Source: Candidatus Methanoperedens sp. (GTDB lineage: Archaea > Halobacteriota > Methanosarcinia > Methanosarcinales > Methanoperedenaceae). Taken from it: a stretch of 32,000 bases of DNA. This document shows positions 28,903-32,000 of this stretch, in pieces. Made by a program: the position numbers and the translations under genes. The number at the start of each line of letters is the position of its first letter. Position 1 is the first letter of the stretch. The notes under the pieces are model-generated. The model was not told the DNA's origin. It did not search any database and was given only the letters and a program-made list of their open reading frames with translations. The DNA lies in NCBI GenBank assembly GCA_027460535.1, contig JAPZAR010000021.1:30279-62278 (forward strand), read 5' to 3'.

Positions 28903-29409
28903 ATGTTTAATACCCAAATTATTAATAGAAAGTTTTCAATCATCCGTGATATAAATTCATATCGGGCATCTCCAGCAAAATACAAACAAATGATACATTC
29001 AGGGAAATCTCACTTGGATAATGTTTATGATCCTTTAAATCCTGTAATAAGAATTGATAGAGGTAAAATTCGTTCTGGACGACATGCTGAAATTCATAAT
29101 CGAAGGGCTCGACCTATTGATTTCAAGAAAAAAAAGTTAAGAGTCAGGGTTTGCCCGGATATTAATAACTTAACCATTGGTGATTCCTTCAATGATTTTT
29201 ATTCTCCAGTCAATTTTAATATAAAAAAATATATAACAAAATTAGAAACAAAACATTCAGTTGATGATATAACCACTTTGGGCAGTACAACCCATGAAGA
29301 AAATTTAGAATATGATGTTTTTATTCAGATGCCTCCCATAAAAAAATGGACCGCACGGGTAAAAATAAAAAGTATAGAAAACGCAAAAATGAATATAGTG
29401 GAACCATAA
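28903..29409 (+). CDS. Hypothetical protein B of three-gene cassette (168 aa, basic)
   Basis: The start abuts the upstream stop (TGAATG) and GGAGA lies at 28888-28892. There is a basic patch (RSGRHAEIHNRRARPIDFKKKKLRVRV). No recognisable family. Confidence 0.7.
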   Translation: MFNTQIINRKFSIIRDINSYRASPAKYKQMIHSGKSHLDNVYDPLNPVIRIDRGKIRSGRHAEIHNRRARPIDFKKKKLRVRVCPDINNLTIGDSFNDFYSPVNFNIKKYITKLETKHSVDDITTLGSTTHEENLEYDVFIQMPPIKKWTARVKIKSIENAKMNIVEP

Positions 29410-29415
29410 TGATAT

Positions 29416-29946
29416 ATGGCGATTGAATATCCTTGGTACGAGGTTGTAAATTGTGATGCTGATTTAATGCAAGGTGACTTTATAAAAGGTTGTCCTATAA
29501 TTATTCCCCCTTCAGAGATACAAGAGGAAGAAGAATTTGAAGCTCGTATTCTTAAATATAATGTAATCATTTTGAGCCAATCCTGCGATATTGCAAATAA
29601 GAAAATCGATCTGGTTCTTCTTTGTCCATTCTGGCCCCTTGAAGATTTAGAGAAACAAAGTACTTTTTTTAAAAGTAGCGATGGGAAAGAAGAATTAAGA
29701 CGTGGAAATGTTACAGGATATCATTTATTAAATAAATGTGGGCTAAAAGGGTTCAAAATGGCTTATCAGGTCGTTGATTTTCGTAATATTTATAGTGTTT
29801 CTTTAGAATTTCTTTCTGATCTGACTATAAAGAAAGGTGAAAGATTGCGTTTATTACCCCCTTATAGAGAGCATCTATCTCAAAGCTTTGCAAGATTCTT
29901 TATGAGAGTAGGCCTCCCTGTAGATATACCTGCATTTAAAAAATAA
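29416..29946 (+). CDS. Hypothetical protein C of three-gene cassette (176 aa, Cys-containing, LSQSCD motif)
   Basis: It starts 6 nt after the B stop. Distinctive strings are LMQGDFIKGCPIIIP, VIILSQSCDIANKKIDLVLLCPFWP and LLPPYREHLSQSFARFFMRVGLP. I cannot name a family. Confidence 0.7.
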   Translation: MAIEYPWYEVVNCDADLMQGDFIKGCPIIIPPSEIQEEEEFEARILKYNVIILSQSCDIANKKIDLVLLCPFWPLEDLEKQSTFFKSSDGKEELRRGNVTGYHLLNKCGLKGFKMAYQVVDFRNIYSVSLEFLSDLTIKKGERLRLLPPYREHLSQSFARFFMRVGLPVDIPAFKK

Positions 29947-29950
29947 GAAA

Positions 29951-29977
29951 CAACATGCTTTTGTTGTACGCATGTTG
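29951..29977 (+). terminator. Hairpin immediately after the three-gene operon
   Basis: CAACATGC (29951-29958) pairs with GCATGTTG (29970-29977) across an 11-nt T-rich loop, 4 nt after the stop codon. Its function as an archaeal terminator is not established. Confidence 0.3.
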
Positions 29978-30050
29978 AACAAAATTGTAACCTGTCCCAG
30001 GAAGATAGTAGCCAGATCGATTCTTTTTCGCAATTATTCTTTACGAGCAG

Positions 30051-30180
30051 GTTGCTCCGCCCTCATCACCCCGCCCCCCATCTTGCTCCCTACTCCCTCC
30101 CTGCTTGCAGACCCGGTGCCTGCGGCATGCGCGGAGCCCGGAAAGGTGCGGAGAACACGATCAAATGCGGTGCGCCCAAC
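30051..30180. repeat. GC-rich intergenic repeat, copy 1 (long form, ~130 bp)
   Basis: It contains the core GCAGACCCGGTGCCTGCGGCATGCG (30107-30131), followed by AGGTGCGGAGAACACGATCAAATGCGGTGCGCCCAAC. It lies between the three-gene cassette and the first TA pair. Confidence 0.85.
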
Positions 30181-30216
30181 ATGAAATGGTTGCCTTTCGT
30201 GAGACGTTAGCTATTC

Positions 30217-30483
30217 TTATTTATAAACATCTCCTCTAAGATCAACCCTATGGATCAGGATAACCTTTTGTTCCCAGATAACTTCGTAAACAATTCTGAA
30301 CTTCCCTTTACGGATACGATACTTATTCTTTTCACCTCTTAGTTTGGTGATATCAAGGGATTTTATGGGAACCGGGTCTTCTTTCAGGACAAGCATTGCC
30401 TCTTTGAGGCGCGCCCTGTCATGTTTCTGCAGGGAAGAAATAAATTTCAAAGATTTGGCTTTGATATTTATTTCAAATGTCAT
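30217..30483 (-). CDS. RelE/ParE-family type II toxin
   Basis: 88 aa. KYRIRKGKFRIVYEVIWEQKVILIHRVDLRGDVYK is a typical RelE/ParE C-terminal core. The start overlaps the upstream antitoxin stop by 4 nt. Confidence 0.85.
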   Translation of the reverse strand: MTFEINIKAKSLKFISSLQKHDRARLKEAMLVLKEDPVPIKSLDITKLRGEKNKYRIRKGKFRIVYEVIWEQKVILIHRVDLRGDVYK

Positions 30484-30668
30484 GCATTCAATACCTTTAG
30501 TAATTCGGCTTCCGAAGCTATTCTATCCTTGCTCCTTATCGCCCTAAGGTCTTCGGCTTCAGGTTCTTCTTCCGGGATCAGCCTATCAACAAGTTTTGAA
30601 TATAAATTTGTGAGCATATCAAGGTCGGCGCGAATCTTTCTCAATTCAACCACTGTTTCGGTTACCAT
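30480..30668 (-). CDS. Putative antitoxin partner of the RelE/ParE toxin (family unassigned)
   Basis: 62-aa acidic ORF directly upstream of and overlapping the toxin gene, which is the canonical type II TA arrangement. Confidence 0.65.
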   Translation of the reverse strand: MVTETVVELRKIRADLDMLTNLYSKLVDRLIPEEEPEAEDLRAIRSKDRIASEAELLKVLNA

Positions 30669-30703
30669 GCAATATCAGTTAATATTTTAAACCTTATAAG
30701 GAT

Positions 30704-30715
30704 TTTCCATGGAAA
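30704..30715. promoter_or_regulatory. Perfect 12-bp palindrome TTTCCATGGAAA upstream of TA pair 1 (possible operator)
   Basis: It lies 36-47 nt upstream of the antitoxin start (30668, minus strand) in AT-rich promoter-like DNA (TTAATATTTTAAACCTTATAAGG). Confidence 0.35.
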
Positions 30716-30740
30716 GTATAAACTGAAGCAATTCATCAGA

Positions 30741-30844
30741 TGCGCCTCACCCCGCCCCCTCCCCGTTTGCTGATCCGGTGCGTGCGGCATGCGGGGAGCC
30801 AGGACAGGTGGAGAACATATCTCGACCAAATGCGGGCGCCCAAC
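30741..30844. repeat. GC-rich intergenic repeat, copy 2 (~104 bp)
   Basis: The core is GCTGATCCGGTGCGTGCGGCATGCG (30768-30792), followed by GGGGAGCCAGGACAGGTGGAGAACATATC...AAATGCGGGCGCCCAAC. It lies between the two TA pairs. Confidence 0.85.
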
Positions 30845-30914
30845 TTTGAAAGGTTACATTTTAAGGAGGGAATAGCGCATAGCCAACAACTTACAAACGT
30901 TGTCTACGCAGTCC

Positions 30915-31202
30915 TTACTTATATGCATCTCCTCTATGCTGGACTGAAGTTATCCTGACTTTCCTTGGATCATTATCCACAGAATAAAGAACCCTGTACT
31001 TGCCAATCCTTAATCTGTAGGTATTATCCGGGTATCCTTCCATCGGCTTAACATCAAAACCTGATCTTGGTTGAACAGGATTCTTCTCAAATTCATCAAG
31101 TAATTTTAGAAATTTCTCAACAACGTATTTTGGGACTTTTTCTAAATCTTTCTCAACCCGTTCATCGATAAGAACTTCGTATGGAGTTGTGTTTCTGCTC
31201 AC
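30915..31202 (-). CDS. RelE/ParE-family type II toxin
   Basis: 95 aa. [35 protein letters not shown] is a typical RelE/ParE core. It lies 5 nt downstream of its antitoxin. Confidence 0.85.
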   Translation of the reverse strand: MSRNTTPYEVLIDERVEKDLEKVPKYVVEKFLKLLDEFEKNPVQPRSGFDVKPMEGYPDNTYRLRIGKYRVLYSVDNDPRKVRITSVQHRGDAYK

Positions 31203-31207
31203 TCATA

Positions 31208-31438
31208 TCAACTTCCACTTGAAACTCTTTTCCTCATTCGAGATTTAAAATCTTCTTTTGATATCCCTTTAAAATCAGCAAGGCGGCGATAATGTTCTTG
31301 GATATGTTCCGCGCTTATATCTTCGATTGATACCTTATTCATGAGCATATTCAGGACATCATCAAAAGTCAAGTCACCAAACTTATAATCCGATAGCCTT
31401 TCTTTAGTTTTCTCATTTATTGTAATAGTCGTTGGCAT
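31208..31438 (-). CDS. Putative antitoxin, archaeal VapB-like/PF02697-like N-terminus
   Basis: 76 aa. MPTTITINEKTKERLSDYKFGDLTFDDVLNMLM resembles the TITIxExxxxxL...SFsDvI pattern of archaeal putative antitoxins. It sits directly upstream of the toxin. Confidence 0.65.
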   Translation of the reverse strand: MPTTITINEKTKERLSDYKFGDLTFDDVLNMLMNKVSIEDISAEHIQEHYRRLADFKGISKEDFKSRMRKRVSSGS

Positions 31439-31539
31439 AATTGAAATAATTGTTTTAATTGATATTAAAGTTATTTATGTTTCAAAGCATTTCATTACCC
31501 TGACAGATTCGTTTTCACACCTGGTCTGTTTGGGATAGT

Positions 31540-31622
31540 GTTGCGCCCACCTCCCCGCTGGCAGACCCGGTGCGTGCGGCATGCGTGGGAACAGGTGCGG
31601 GGAACACGATCAAAATGTGAAC
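31540..31622. repeat. GC-rich intergenic repeat, copy 3 (~83 bp)
   Basis: GTTGCGCCCACCTCCCCGCTG is followed by the core GCAGACCCGGTGCGTGCGGCATGCG (31561-31585), then TGGGAACAGGTGCGGGGAACACGATCAAAATGTGAAC. Confidence 0.85.
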
Positions 31623-31628
31623 TTTAAT

Positions 31629-31644
31629 ATATGTTTAAACATAT
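31629..31644. promoter_or_regulatory. Perfect 16-bp palindrome ATATGTTTAAACATAT upstream of the VapB-like gene (possible operator/promoter)
   Basis: It ends 8 nt before ATG 31653. The half-site ATATGTTTA recurs immediately afterwards at 31641-31649, overlapping the palindrome's right end. Confidence 0.4.
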
Positions 31645-31652
31645 GTTTACTT

Positions 31653-31901
31653 ATGACAGCCAAGACGATAACCATCCGCGAAGATATTTACAAAATGCTC
31701 CTCTCGATAAAGGGAGCAAACGAGAGCTTCAGCGATCTTTTTGAACGGCTCATAAAATCCCGAAAAAATATTGATAAACTAAAAGAATTGAGAGGCTCTG
31801 TTGAATTCAGGAATAAAGAAACTCTTTTGAAAGAGTTATCTAATAAAAGGAAGGAGATTATTTACCCAACTTTACCCCTATCCTCTGACAACAAAATCTA
31901 A
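31653..31901 (+). CDS. VapB-like putative antitoxin (PF02697-like)
   Basis: MTAKTITIREDIYKMLLSIKGANESFSDLFERLIKS matches the archaeal putative-antitoxin pattern. I set the start to ATG 31653, because the ORF-track start at 31581 lies inside the GC-rich repeat. No PIN/VapC gene follows before the window ends. Confidence 0.65.
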   Translation: MTAKTITIREDIYKMLLSIKGANESFSDLFERLIKSRKNIDKLKELRGSVEFRNKETLLKELSNKRKEIIYPTLPLSSDNKI

Positions 31902-32000
31902 GAAAAATTATTTTTCCTAAGGCAGTAACCTTTTTATTAGAATTTCGACCAAAAAATATATATGCTTTGTTGTCATATAATACATGACAACTATGAGCTT

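Noticed and set aside
28221-29570. Minus-strand ORFs 28221..28436, 28767..28985 and 29325..29570 in the AT-rich cassette
   Set aside because: They are short, Ile/Phe/Ser/Leu-rich and antisense to the tightly coupled plus-strand operon. This is typical of chance ORFs in AT-rich DNA.
28903-29946. HEPN-like Rx4-6H strings (RHAEIH in protein B, RGNVTGYH in protein C)
   Set aside because: These are string matches only. The motif is too short to be meaningful without the surrounding all-helical HEPN fold, and its position in the proteins is atypical.
30051-30180. Canonical integron attC site (R'' RYYYAAC ... R' GTTRRRY) within the GC-rich repeats
   Set aside because: GCCCAAC at the right end of copies 1 and 2 fits RYYYAAC. 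However, it sits at the 3' end of the element, and the left end begins GTTGC. The polarity is therefore GTT...AAC, the inverse of a canonical attC on either strand. I keep only the weaker statement of an integron-like layout, pending a covariance-model search.
29972-30184. 70-aa ORF (and the similar 72-aa ORF at 30740..30958) spanning the GC-rich repeats
   Set aside because: They are open only because the repeat is GC-rich. The homologous repeat copies are read in different frames, and the products are Pro/Arg-rich and low-complexity. They also overlap the ends of real cassettes.
27941-31622. CRISPR array
   Set aside because: The repeats are 70-130 bp, imperfect and of variable length. The intervals between them are 0.5-2 kb and contain complete genes. 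No cas genes are present.

Overview
This is an archaeal chromosomal window that looks like a methanogen or ANME of the Methanosarcinales type. All family calls come from motifs read by eye, not from searches.

- **1-15.2 kb, ordinary housekeeping genes:** an AfpA-like flavoprotein, a metallophosphoesterase, a COG2403-type P-loop protein, and a HacB/LeuD-type dehydratase small subunit. Next come an unknown 291-aa gene, an AksF/LeuB-type dehydrogenase, a multi-PAS histidine kinase, a PiT phosphate transporter and a PRC-barrel plus Thg1-like pair. GluRS, an orphan ORF and a zinc-finger Ski2-like helicase complete the stretch.
- **15.3-21.2 kb:** a single 1978-aa secreted giant combining subtilase, beta-helix and Ig-like domains.
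- **21.6-27.9 kb:** a complete type I R-M operon, hsdM-hsdS-DUF433-hsdR-ygjP-like.
- **27.9-32.0 kb, accessory array:** four copies of a GC-rich 70-130 bp repeat separate small gene cassettes. These are an AT-rich three-gene operon of unrecognisable proteins (28243-29946), two RelE/ParE toxin-antitoxin pairs, and a VapB-like antitoxin gene.

The three-gene operon is the best candidate for an undescribed defence or addiction system. The second lead is the unknown gene translationally coupled between hacB-type and aksF-type genes. I saw no rRNA, tRNA, CRISPR array, transposase or integrase in the window.
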